16,067 nt of DNA from a virus: the UHGV virus genome UHGV-0180947. The stretch is one strand, 5' to 3'. The first letter of the stretch is position 1. Each line of letters opens with the position of its first letter. The position numbers were made by a program, and so were the translations under genes. This document shows positions 8,329 through 16,017 of this stretch, in pieces. Below the pieces are notes generated by a model, which ran no database searches, was not told the origin of the DNA, and saw nothing but the letters and a program-made list of their open reading frames with translations.

Positions 8329-8616
8329 TTGAATTTTGGAGATAAACAATTGACTGAACGAAACCCGTCACTTACCCCTCAGCACATGACTGCGACCTCA
8401 ACCATTTTGACTCCTGGAAAGGATGAGGTTGTAATTACGTTTTACTCTCATGAATTTACTTATCTTTTACCAGAAAACGTTCAACCGCAAACTGGCATTC
8501 AGGTTAAAGTAGATCTGAGGCCTGAGATTGGTATTTCACTTACAACAGACCAAGCAATTGCGCTTACGAAGGCTCTTAAAACCAATTTGGAAGCGAATGG
8601 ACTTTGGAAACAGTAA
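8329..8616 (+). CDS. Hypothetical protein, first gene downstream of cI
   Basis: ORF-track TTG start at 8329; an in-frame TTG at 8350 with a GGAG Shine-Dalgarno 8 nt upstream is the more plausible start (88 aa). No family recognised. Looks markedly AT-rich against the structural genes. Confidence 0.45.
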   Translation: MNFGDKQLTERNPSLTPQHMTATSTILTPGKDEVVITFYSHEFTYLLPENVQPQTGIQVKVDLRPEIGISLTTDQAIALTKALKTNLEANGLWKQ

Positions 8617-9152
8617 ATCCTGGTTCGGATAATACAACTGTTACGCCTTCAAGTGGTAAGGCGGGATTTGTTATGCCGGGAATTATGGTTAGCGCAGCAT
8701 TAGCCGCGTCGATGGCGCCTTCCTATGGAAGCGTACCTCAGTACCAAATTGCTTTTGAAGATGCTAGTCTTACCAGTAGACCATATGACAAATTTACCAG
8801 TCTGCCGCTGGATAAAGAGACCGAATCACATGGAAGCAGTGTAAACTTGGAGGCCGATGTGAGCTCAGCAAGCAGAGAGGAGATCGACGCAAAACTGGCC
8901 TTGACAAAGGCTGAGATTGAACTATCTCAGGCTCATAACTTTTCGTCAATTGAAAAGCTATTGATTGAAGTTAAAGGAGAAATAGCGTCTTTACGGGGAG
9001 AGCTGTCTGGTAATAAAGATGCTGTCTCTGGGCAAATAGACGGGCTAAAAACATCTATTTCAACGATGCAATGGATGGTGGGGACTGTTCTTGCCATGAT
9101 GGGTATTGCTGTCGCTATTTTAGCCATTCCCGGAATCGATAAACTCCTGTGA
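8604..9152 (+). CDS. Hypothetical coiled-coil protein with one C-terminal transmembrane helix
   Basis: ORF-track TTG at 8604; an ATG at 8673 would give 159 aa. Central region (…EEIDAKLALTKAEIELSQAHNFSSIEKLLIEVKGEIASLRGELSGNKDAVSGQIDGLKTSIST…) is predicted coiled coil, followed by MQWMVGTVLAMMGIAVAILAIPGI. A terminator follows. Confidence 0.5.
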   Translation: METVNPGSDNTTVTPSSGKAGFVMPGIMVSAALAASMAPSYGSVPQYQIAFEDASLTSRPYDKFTSLPLDKETESHGSSVNLEADVSSASREEIDAKLALTKAEIELSQAHNFSSIEKLLIEVKGEIASLRGELSGNKDAVSGQIDGLKTSISTMQWMVGTVLAMMGIAVAILAIPGIDKLL

Positions 9153-9158
9153 TCACCC

Positions 9159-9184
9159 AACCCGGCCACCGCGCCGGGTTTTTA
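9159..9184 (+). terminator. Rho-independent terminator ending the cI operon
   Basis: AACCCGGC-CACCGC-GCCGGGTT stem-loop followed by TTTTT, 7 nt after the stop of the 8604-9152 ORF. Confidence 0.7.
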
Positions 9185-9463
9185 CTGCCCTACTCTTCCC
9201 GCAACATCAGCACATCCAGTGCCAGCTCCACAGCCAGATCGACCTGGTCTTCCTGTCACAACACCTGAATCATCTCTATCAGCGCCTCTCTTGAGGGCTC
9301 GCGCTTCTCAACCAGCAGCTGCATAACCGCTATCCCGATAACCTGCGCTATCTGCGGGTGCATTTCTGCGAAAAACTCATCCTCATTTGACATGCCAACA
9401 CCCCTTTATGATTTTTTTTTGAGCATAACAGCACTTTTTACAAAAATAAATTAACTTTAAAAT

Positions 9464-9533
9464 CATACCTTTAGTATTTTTATTAAATATCATAATACTG
9501 GCGGTATTGATATAAAATAATACCCGGAGTATT
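9464..9533. promoter_or_regulatory. Second operator cluster (OL-like) upstream of the plus-strand early operon
   Basis: Same half-site family as the cI/cro region: AATACTGGCGGTATT (9494-9508), AATACCCGGAGTATT (9519-9533), and a degenerate CATACCTTTAGTATT (9464-9478), set in an AT-rich region. Confidence 0.55.
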
Positions 9534-9614
9534 ATCATCTCATCCAAACAACACCGGCAACGCCGGGGTGAAGTCAAAACGTCCCGTTAGCCGCGATAAG
9601 GCAAAGGTGAAGAG

Positions 9615-9731
9615 ATGATCCGCGAAGAAGATAAAACCGAGTGGTTTAAGTTTCTGGCACACGCATTCGCCATCGTCGTATGCGTACTGATAGCAAGCGC
9701 GTTCTGCCTGATGCCTGGTGGTTCAGCATGA
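9615..9731 (+). CDS. Short hydrophobic peptide (38 aa)
   Basis: Below the ORF-track cutoff. ATG with a GGTGAAGAG Shine-Dalgarno-like stretch upstream; product MIREEDKTEWFKFLAHAFAIVVCVLIASAFCLMPGGSA has one predicted transmembrane helix. First ORF after the OL-like operators. Confidence 0.35.
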   Translation: MIREEDKTEWFKFLAHAFAIVVCVLIASAFCLMPGGSA

Positions 9732-9838
9732 GCAGAAACGGCATTCGTTCACTGATTTACTGCCTGCTGATCTGCGGCATTATCTGGACAGCGTTGATTA
9801 TCAAAATTCTGCACGTTACGGGGGTGTTCAATGGTTAG
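9728..9838 (+). CDS. Short hydrophobic peptide (36 aa)
   Basis: Below the ORF-track cutoff. Its ATG overlaps the previous stop (ATGA); product MSRNGIRSLIYCLLICGIIWTALIIKILHVTGVFNG is a single predicted transmembrane helix. Confidence 0.3.
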   Translation: MSRNGIRSLIYCLLICGIIWTALIIKILHVTGVFNG

Positions 9839-10037
9839 TCATCACTACGGTACACAGACAGTAAACCGCGGCGCAGTTCAGCCGGGGATGCTTGTAAAAC
9901 ACAAAGACTCAACCTGGACCGCATCTGCTAACGCACGCGGTCGCCTGTATCTTCACCGTGGCATCGAACGTACCTACACCAAAGATTTGCTGGTTGAGGT
10001 TTATCTAAACGGTTTAGGTCATGGCCTTAGCCATTAA
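9831..10037 (+). CDS. Hypothetical small basic protein (68 aa)
   Basis: ORF-track ORF whose start overlaps the end of the preceding peptide ORF by 8 nt; no family recognised. Confidence 0.4.
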   Translation: MVSHHYGTQTVNRGAVQPGMLVKHKDSTWTASANARGRLYLHRGIERTYTKDLLVEVYLNGLGHGLSH

Positions 10038-10048
10038 CGGAGTGAGTT

Positions 10049-10210
10049 ATGCAGGAGAAAAAATGCGCGTACTGCCGCAAGCCGATCAAGCAAGGGAAGG
10101 AAGTTAAAAACGAACTGCTCTTTATCCACGGCACGCAGTTGAAACGCGAGCAACGTGATTACTGTTCAGTACGTTGCGCTTCGTTCGACCAGATGGCCCA
10201 CGAAGCATAA
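10049..10210 (+). CDS. Small Cys-rich (zinc-ribbon-like) protein (53 aa)
   Basis: Below the ORF-track cutoff. ATG at 10049 with a GGAGTGAG Shine-Dalgarno-like stretch upstream; product MQEKKCAYCRKPIKQGKEVKNELLFIHGTQLKREQRDYCSVRCASFDQMAHEA has CxxC and CxxxC pairs. Confidence 0.45.
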   Translation: MQEKKCAYCRKPIKQGKEVKNELLFIHGTQLKREQRDYCSVRCASFDQMAHEA

Positions 10211-10348
10211 CGAAAACCCCGCGCAAGGCGGGATTCACGTCCGGTGCCACCGACCAAAGTTACACCGGAATTTATACCAAACCAAAAAACATCCAATGGG
10301 CGCTATCTCTGGCCCGGGGATTCTAACACTCAAAAAAGAGGATCTCAC

Positions 10349-13183
10349 ATGGAATTTTTCCATCTGATAAAAGCCAGTCAGAAGTCTGGCAAGAAAGATG
10401 CAGTGATTTGGTTCACTGCGAAAAGTGTAGCGCGCGCCAATCTCCAACTCGATGTGGCACTGGAAGAAGCCGGAATTGAAGAAACTGGCCGCGGTAAAGA
10501 TTATGCCAAACCAATCCGCACCGATTTCCCGGTATATGACGACCTGCCGGAAGAAGGCGCAGTGGATTACACCTGGTGCAAACGCTACGAACTGCAGAAC
10601 GATGACCGCACCTGGCTGCCAAAAGTCACAGCTGAAAACTCTGACGAGAAAACGGCTCAGACCGTTGATAGTCACATAACTACTGAGTCAACGCTGCCAG
10701 AAACCGCTGGCATCACGCTGGACGAACACGACGACGACTCAACCCTCTACCCGGTAGTGCAGATGCCGTTTCGTAAGCAACTGCTTTCCCAGTTCACCGC
10801 CGACGAACTGCGCCACCACGTAACCCGCGAAGAGTACGAAGCTATCGGCGCGCTGGAGATGGACACTGATAACAGTTACGTCCAGAACTTGCTGTTAGCT
10901 GCTGAGAACTGCCCGGAAGTGAAGGGTTACGACACCAAAGACCTGTGGCGCTACACCGATGCCATTCGCAAAGTGTTCAGCCAGGACAAGCGTCACGAAC
11001 TCGCGCTGGTACTCCGTTTCACCAGAATGTGGGCGGCGACTGATTACATTGACCGTGGCATCCTGGCGCGTGAATGGGCTGCCGGTAATCACATCAGTAG
11101 TGTTCAGCGCACTGACGCAGGTACCAATGCCGATGGTGGATATGTCACCGACCGCGGCGAAGGTGCGCATCACACGCTGGACACACTGGATCTGGAGATC
11201 GCCTGTGCCCTGCTGCCGATGGATTTCAACCACCTTGAGATCCCGGGCAGCATTCACCGTCGCGCCAAAGAAATCGTGGCGAAAAAAGAAGAGCCCTGGA
11301 AATCATGGAGCGCCCTTCTGCGTAACCAGCCTGGCGTTCTGTCGGTAAACCGTGCGGCCATTTTCAACCTGGTACGGATCGCACCGGAAAACATTCATCG
11401 TACGCCGGCGGCCCATCTGGAGTTCGTTAACCAGACCATGACCGCTGAGTTTAACGCCGCAACTGAACTGATGCCCCTGCGCGCGTCCGCGGTTCAGACG
11501 CAAGTAGAGGTTGAGGAACCAACAGCTCAGCCGCAGGTCGCGAACCTCGGCGGTGGCATGTTCTCCATCAATGGCCTGTTGAGTGGAAATACTAACCCGG
11601 TCATCAATATTCCCTCAAATGAAGCAGAAAAACCGGAAACCGTAGTGGAGACCACCAGCGATGTGCAGATGGAAGCGACTCAGCCAGAGAAAGACAAAAC
11701 TGTTGATACGGTACCACCAGGCGAAAGCGCTGATGCAACTGATCCGCAAACAGATACCCTGAACCCGGCTGAGGTGCTCTCCGCCGCGGCGCCGGAGCTG
11801 GCGAACGCCACTACGCAGGAATTGACCACCGAAGCATCAGAGGAGAAAGCGAGCGCGCCGGAAGAGCAACCTTCACAACCGGTCCCGGAATACCCGGCGT
11901 ACTTCGAACCGGGCCGCTATGAAGGCGTGCCGAATGACGTTTATCACGCGGCGAACGGGATCAGTTCCACCCAGGTGAAGGATGCCAGGGTCAGCCTGAT
12001 GTACTTCAACGCGCGCCACGTCGCCAAAACTATCCCGCGGGCCCCTTCCAAGGTGCTGGACATGGGTAATCTGGTTCACGCCCTGGCGCTGCAGCCTGAA
12101 AACCTTGAGGCAGAGTTCAGCGTGGAGCCGGAGATCCCGGAAGATGCTTTTACTACCACCGCCACCCTGCGCGAGTTCATCGATTCGCACAACGCCACCC
12201 TGCCGGCACTGCTGAGCACTGACGATATCAAAGCGCTGCTTGAAGAGCACAACGCCACCCTGCCCGCGCAGCTGCCGCTGGGCGCCAGCCTGGAGGAAAC
12301 GGCCCAGAGCTATATGGCTTTGCCGGCAGAGTACCAGCGCATCGAGCCAGACCAGAAGCAGACCGCAGCAGCTATGAAAGCCTGCATCAAAGAGTACAAC
12401 GCCACCCTGCCCGCGCCGGTTAAAACCAGCGGCAGCCGCGATGCGCTGCTTGAACAGCTGGCAATCATCAACCCTGACCTGGTGGAGCAGGAAGCCCAGA
12501 AGCCGGCACCGCTTAAGGTGTCCGGCAGCAAAGCGGAAATGATCCAAGCGATTAAGTCGGTTAAACCCGATGCCGTATTCGCCGACGAGCTGCTGGACGC
12601 CTGGCGAGAAAATCCGGGCGACAAGATTCTGGTGACGCGCCAGCAGCTGGTGACCGCCCAGGCCATCCAGTCGGCCCTGCTGGCACACCCGACCGCAGGC
12701 ATGCTGCTAACCCACCCGAGCCGCGCCGTTGAGGTGAGCTACTTTGGCTTTGACGAGGAGACGGGACTGGAAGTTCGTGTGCGCCCTGACCTTGAGATCG
12801 ACCTAGACGGCGTGCGTATCGGTGCTGACCTGAAAACCATCAGCATGTGGAATGTTAAGCAGGAAAGCCTGCGCGCCAGGCTACACCGGGAAATTATTGA
12901 ACGTGATTATCACCTGAGCGCGGCTATGTACTGCGAAACCGCAGCGCTGGATCAGTTCTTCTGGATTTTCGTCAACAAAGACGAGAACTACCACTGGATC
13001 GCCATCATCGAGGCATCCGCTGAACTACTGGAGCTGGGTATGCTCGAGTACCGCAAAGCGATGCACAATATCGCAACCGGATTCGACACAGGTGAATGGC
13101 CAGCGCCAATCACTGCTGACTACACCGACGAACTGAACGACTTCGACCTGCGCCGCCTTGAAGCGCTGCGTACTCAGGCATAA
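10349..13183 (+). CDS. recE: RecE-like exodeoxyribonuclease VIII
   Basis: 944 aa from the ATG at 10349 (AAGAGGA Shine-Dalgarno); the ORF-track start at 10244 is an upstream GTG extension. N-terminal and central regions align with Rac RecE (…DAVIWFTAKS…NFPVYDDLPEEGAVDYTW…, …DRGEGAHHTLD…), and the C-terminus has a PD-(D/E)xK nuclease core. Confidence 0.85.
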   Translation: MEFFHLIKASQKSGKKDAVIWFTAKSVARANLQLDVALEEAGIEETGRGKDYAKPIRTDFPVYDDLPEEGAVDYTWCKRYELQNDDRTWLPKVTAENSDEKTAQTVDSHITTESTLPETAGITLDEHDDDSTLYPVVQMPFRKQLLSQFTADELRHHVTREEYEAIGALEMDTDNSYVQNLLLAAENCPEVKGYDTKDLWRYTDAIRKVFSQDKRHELALVLRFTRMWAATDYIDRGILAREWAAGNHISSVQRTDAGTNADGGYVTDRGEGAHHTLDTLDLEIACALLPMDFNHLEIPGSIHRRAKEIVAKKEEPWKSWSALLRNQPGVLSVNRAAIFNLVRIAPENIHRTPAAHLEFVNQTMTAEFNAATELMPLRASAVQTQVEVEEPTAQPQVANLGGGMFSINGLLSGNTNPVINIPSNEAEKPETVVETTSDVQMEATQPEKDKTVDTVPPGESADATDPQTDTLNPAEVLSAAAPELANATTQELTTEASEEKASAPEEQPSQPVPEYPAYFEPGRYEGVPNDVYHAANGISSTQVKDARVSLMYFNARHVAKTIPRAPSKVLDMGNLVHALALQPENLEAEFSVEPEIPEDAFTTTATLREFIDSHNATLPALLSTDDIKALLEEHNATLPAQLPLGASLEETAQSYMALPAEYQRIEPDQKQTAAAMKACIKEYNATLPAPVKTSGSRDALLEQLAIINPDLVEQEAQKPAPLKVSGSKAEMIQAIKSVKPDAVFADELLDAWRENPGDKILVTRQQLVTAQAIQSALLAHPTAGMLLTHPSRAVEVSYFGFDEETGLEVRVRPDLEIDLDGVRIGADLKTISMWNVKQESLRARLHREIIERDYHLSAAMYCETAALDQFFWIFVNKDENYHWIAIIEASAELLELGMLEYRKAMHNIATGFDTGEWPAPITADYTDELNDFDLRRLEALRTQA

Positions 13184-13188
13184 GGGGA

Positions 13189-14307
13189 ATGATGATGGAA
13201 AACACGAATATCGTAACCGCTGAACAGCAGACTCCAAACACGATCTCAGCCAGCAATGCCATTTTCAACGTGCAGGCTTTAACCCAGCTTCAGTCTGTCG
13301 CCGGGTTGATGGCACAGGCAGCCGTAACGGTGCCTGAGCACCTCCGCGGCAATCCGGCAGACTGCATGGCCATCATCATGCAGGCGATGCAGTGGGGTAT
13401 GAACCCTTACGCCGTGGCGCAAAAGACGCACCTGGTTAACGGTGTCCTGGGATACGAAGCGCAACTGGTTAATGCGGTGATCTCCAGCTCAAACGCCATC
13501 GTTGGCCGCTTTCACTATGAGTACGAGGGCGACTGGTCGAAATGTGCCAGCAGCCGCGAGATAACCGTTAAAAAGCCTGCGAAAGGTGGCGGGACGTACG
13601 ACAAGAAAGAAATGGTACGCGGTTGGGAAAGTGCTGATGAACAAGGACTGTCGGTACGGGTAGGTGCCGTTATTCGCGGTGAAAGTGATATCACCTGGGG
13701 AGAGCCTGTTTTCCTCTCCAGCGTAATCACACGTAATTCTCCACTTTGGGTATCAAACCCGAAACAGCAGATCGCTTATCTGGCACTCAAATACTGGGCG
13801 CGCCTGTATTGCCCTGCAGTTGTTCTTGGTGTGTACACCCCTGATGAGATTGAACAGCGCACAGAAAAAGAGATCAACCCAACGCCGCAACGCGTTAGCC
13901 TGGCTGATATCTCAGGTGACACCGTCACAACCACGCAAAGCGCACAGGAATCGTCGGTAAATGTCGGCTCTCTTGCCGATGATTTCCGCGAACGCATCGA
14001 ATCTGCTCAGGACGTGGATAGCGCCAAATCGCTGCGTGCCGACATTGAAACGGCGAAAGCTACGCTGGGATCCGCACTATTCACCGAGCTGAAAAACAAA
14101 GCCGTAAAGCGTTATTACCTAGTGGATGCACGCAACAAGGTTGAGGAGGCTATTAAATCCCTGCCCCAGCCCGACGAGCCGCATGCAGCCGAACGGTTCG
14201 CTGAAGCCGAGCGCATGCTTGCATCTTCAAAGCGTCACTTAGGCGATGAACTGCACGATCAATTCAGCATCACCCTGGCGGATATGAAACCGGAATACGT
14301 GGCCTGA
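13189..14307 (+). CDS. recT: RecT/Bet-family single-strand annealing recombinase
   Basis: Immediately follows recE. Motif …PADCMAIIMQAMQWGMNPYAVAQKTHLVNGVLGYE… resembles lambda Bet (…QFIALLIVANQYGLNPWTKEIYAF…). The third ATG, at 13195, is best placed relative to the AAGGGG Shine-Dalgarno. Confidence 0.8.
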   Translation: MMMENTNIVTAEQQTPNTISASNAIFNVQALTQLQSVAGLMAQAAVTVPEHLRGNPADCMAIIMQAMQWGMNPYAVAQKTHLVNGVLGYEAQLVNAVISSSNAIVGRFHYEYEGDWSKCASSREITVKKPAKGGGTYDKKEMVRGWESADEQGLSVRVGAVIRGESDITWGEPVFLSSVITRNSPLWVSNPKQQIAYLALKYWARLYCPAVVLGVYTPDEIEQRTEKEINPTPQRVSLADISGDTVTTTQSAQESSVNVGSLADDFRERIESAQDVDSAKSLRADIETAKATLGSALFTELKNKAVKRYYLVDARNKVEEAIKSLPQPDEPHAAERFAEAERMLASSKRHLGDELHDQFSITLADMKPEYVA

Positions 14308-14345
14308 CGAGACCGGGAGGGGTAACCCTCCCTCAAGGAGATTAT

Positions 14346-14588
14346 ATGCGACTGATCAATCGAGGAAGTAAGCAATCACCTTTAGCTCGCCAAGCATGCG
14401 ACATCGCGCTGGCAGCTCACTTGCAAACATATGGCGACTATGGGCGAAGCAAGATGAAAGAGACTTATACGGTGAAGGTTGAAGGCGTGAAAGTCTGGGT
14501 GGAGGTGGTGAACCGAAAGGCGAGCTACGTGGCCACAGCGATGACCGGCATGCGCCGTCTCCGCTCCCTGCCCGGGCAGGTTGGTTGA
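14346..14588 (+). CDS. Hypothetical small protein (80 aa)
   Basis: ORF with a CAAGGAG Shine-Dalgarno, between recT and the excisionase, where Rac carries ydaC and ralR; no family recognised from sequence. Confidence 0.5.
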   Translation: MRLINRGSKQSPLARQACDIALAAHLQTYGDYGRSKMKETYTVKVEGVKVWVEVVNRKASYVATAMTGMRRLRSLPGQVG

Positions 14589-14629
14589 AAAAGATTTTGA
14601 ATGGCCCGAACGGGCAACTGGAGAGAGCT

Positions 14630-14827
14630 ATGGATGATATTTTGGTAACGTCAGACCTGACCAGTCGCTACAAAATTTCACGCAAAACCCTTTGGTCATG
14701 GCAAAGTGCAGACACAATGCCTCGGGGCTTCGTATGCCCGTTCCCACCCCCTGACTGGCCCGGCAACCCTAACCGCTGGCGCTCTGAGTCAATCAAAGAG
14801 TGGGAGGATAAAAAGAAGATAAATTAA
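14630..14827 (+). CDS. AlpA-family excisionase / transcriptional regulator
   Basis: 65 aa from the ATG at 14630 (GGAGAG Shine-Dalgarno). The sequence [26 protein letters not shown]… is typical of AlpA/Xis proteins paired with P4-type integrases; its 3' end converges on the integrase stop. Confidence 0.7.
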
Positions 14828-16017
14828 CTGAAGGGCTCTCCGATGATCTCTTCAAGATGGCTCTGCCAAACGCGGAGCCAGTGTTTCTGATCATCGATAT
14901 AGTCATGAAGGTTGTAATGCGCCATAACCCCCACCATCTGATGCCCGAGCAGCTTTTCAATTACGTGCGGCGGGCAACCTAACTCAGAGAGATTTGTGGC
15001 TATCGTCCGCCTCATATCATGAAGCGACCACTCTGCCATACCTGTTCCATTCCAAATAGAACGGGCGTAATTGGATGCCACAGGTGAATGAACGGGCGAA
15101 TCTTTGATCCCGCCATCAATTTTACGTTGTGAAGTCACCAGGTGATTGGTGTTTATTTTCTTGAGGTGATTTCTGACCAAGTTAACGGCGGCGTCTGAGA
15201 GCCCCCTTCTAATATGTACCCGAGTTTTATAACTGCCCGCAGGCACGACCCACTCATTATCATCCAATCGAAACCATGATCTCTCACTAAGTCGAATCTC
15301 AGCCGTACGGCATCCGGTAAGCATAATAAATTTCACCAGGAAAACGGACTCTATCGACATATGGCTTTTCAACCACTGATAGATTTTGCGCAGATCGTCA
15401 TCGTCCATCCTGCGAGTTCTCTTTTTAGGCTTTTGCCCGACATCAGATGGCAGTAATCCCTCGAGTGGGTTTGAGGCGATCACACTTCTGTTAACGCAGA
15501 ACCTAAACGCCCGTTTGCACAGCGAAAGCATGTAATGAGCCATCACCCTGCTTTCTATAGAATCGAAGACGTTGATCCAGTGCATTTTCGCTGTGTTATC
15601 GACTTTGACATTCTTCATCGGTTCGGCGATATGTTTCTCAAACACCTGGCGATAGTAATCGACTTTAACTAGCCCGTTAGCGATACAGTGCCTTTCAATC
15701 CAGTAATTGAACGCTTCGGCAACGGACATCGCTTCCTGTCGGGTCTGCTTATCCAGCTTCACCTGCTCTCGCGGATCCAGTCCCTCAGTTAACCAGTTTC
15801 TGAATTGTTGGCGACGCTCTCTTGCCTGGGTGATACTCATTGCAGGATAATCACCAACATTGAGTTTTACCGCTTTACCGGCCCAGCGATACCGATAGAA
15901 AAATGATATTTTTCCGGCCTGGCTGATTCTGGCGTTGAGCCCGTGCGAATCAGAAATAATCTCGATATCATCTCTTTTCTTGCCGAGCGCCTTCCTGAGC
16001 TTTGTGTCGGTGATCAT
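14824..16017 (-). CDS. int: Tyrosine integrase, P4-type
   Basis: N-terminal arm-binding pattern [20 protein letters not shown]…[10 protein letters not shown]…, and a C-terminal catalytic region with the conserved R…HxxR…Y residues (…[11 protein letters not shown]…[18 protein letters not shown]…). The ORF track's GTG start at 16062 is probably an extension; ATG at 16017 or 16032 is more likely. Confidence 0.88.

Noticed and set aside
9383-9577. 64-aa minus-strand ORF
   Set aside because: Falls in the AT-rich operator and promoter region; low-complexity Ile/Lys/Cys-rich translation typical of a chance frame in AT-rich DNA.
10211-10240. Short hairpin CCCGC-GCAAG-GCGGG, considered as a boxB-like nut site
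   Set aside because: Stem-loop size resembles boxB, but no boxA-like sequence and no N-like arginine-rich antiterminator gene were found, and it is not followed by a U-run.
10244-10348. Upstream extension of recE (MPPTKV…)
   Set aside because: Starts at GTG with no Shine-Dalgarno, whereas the ATG at 10349 has a near-consensus AAGAGGA; the extension also crosses the preceding small gene's 3' region.
11873-12702. 271-aa and 130-aa minus-strand ORFs
   Set aside because: Antisense shadows inside recE; repetitive Gly/Arg/Leu-rich translations with no signals.
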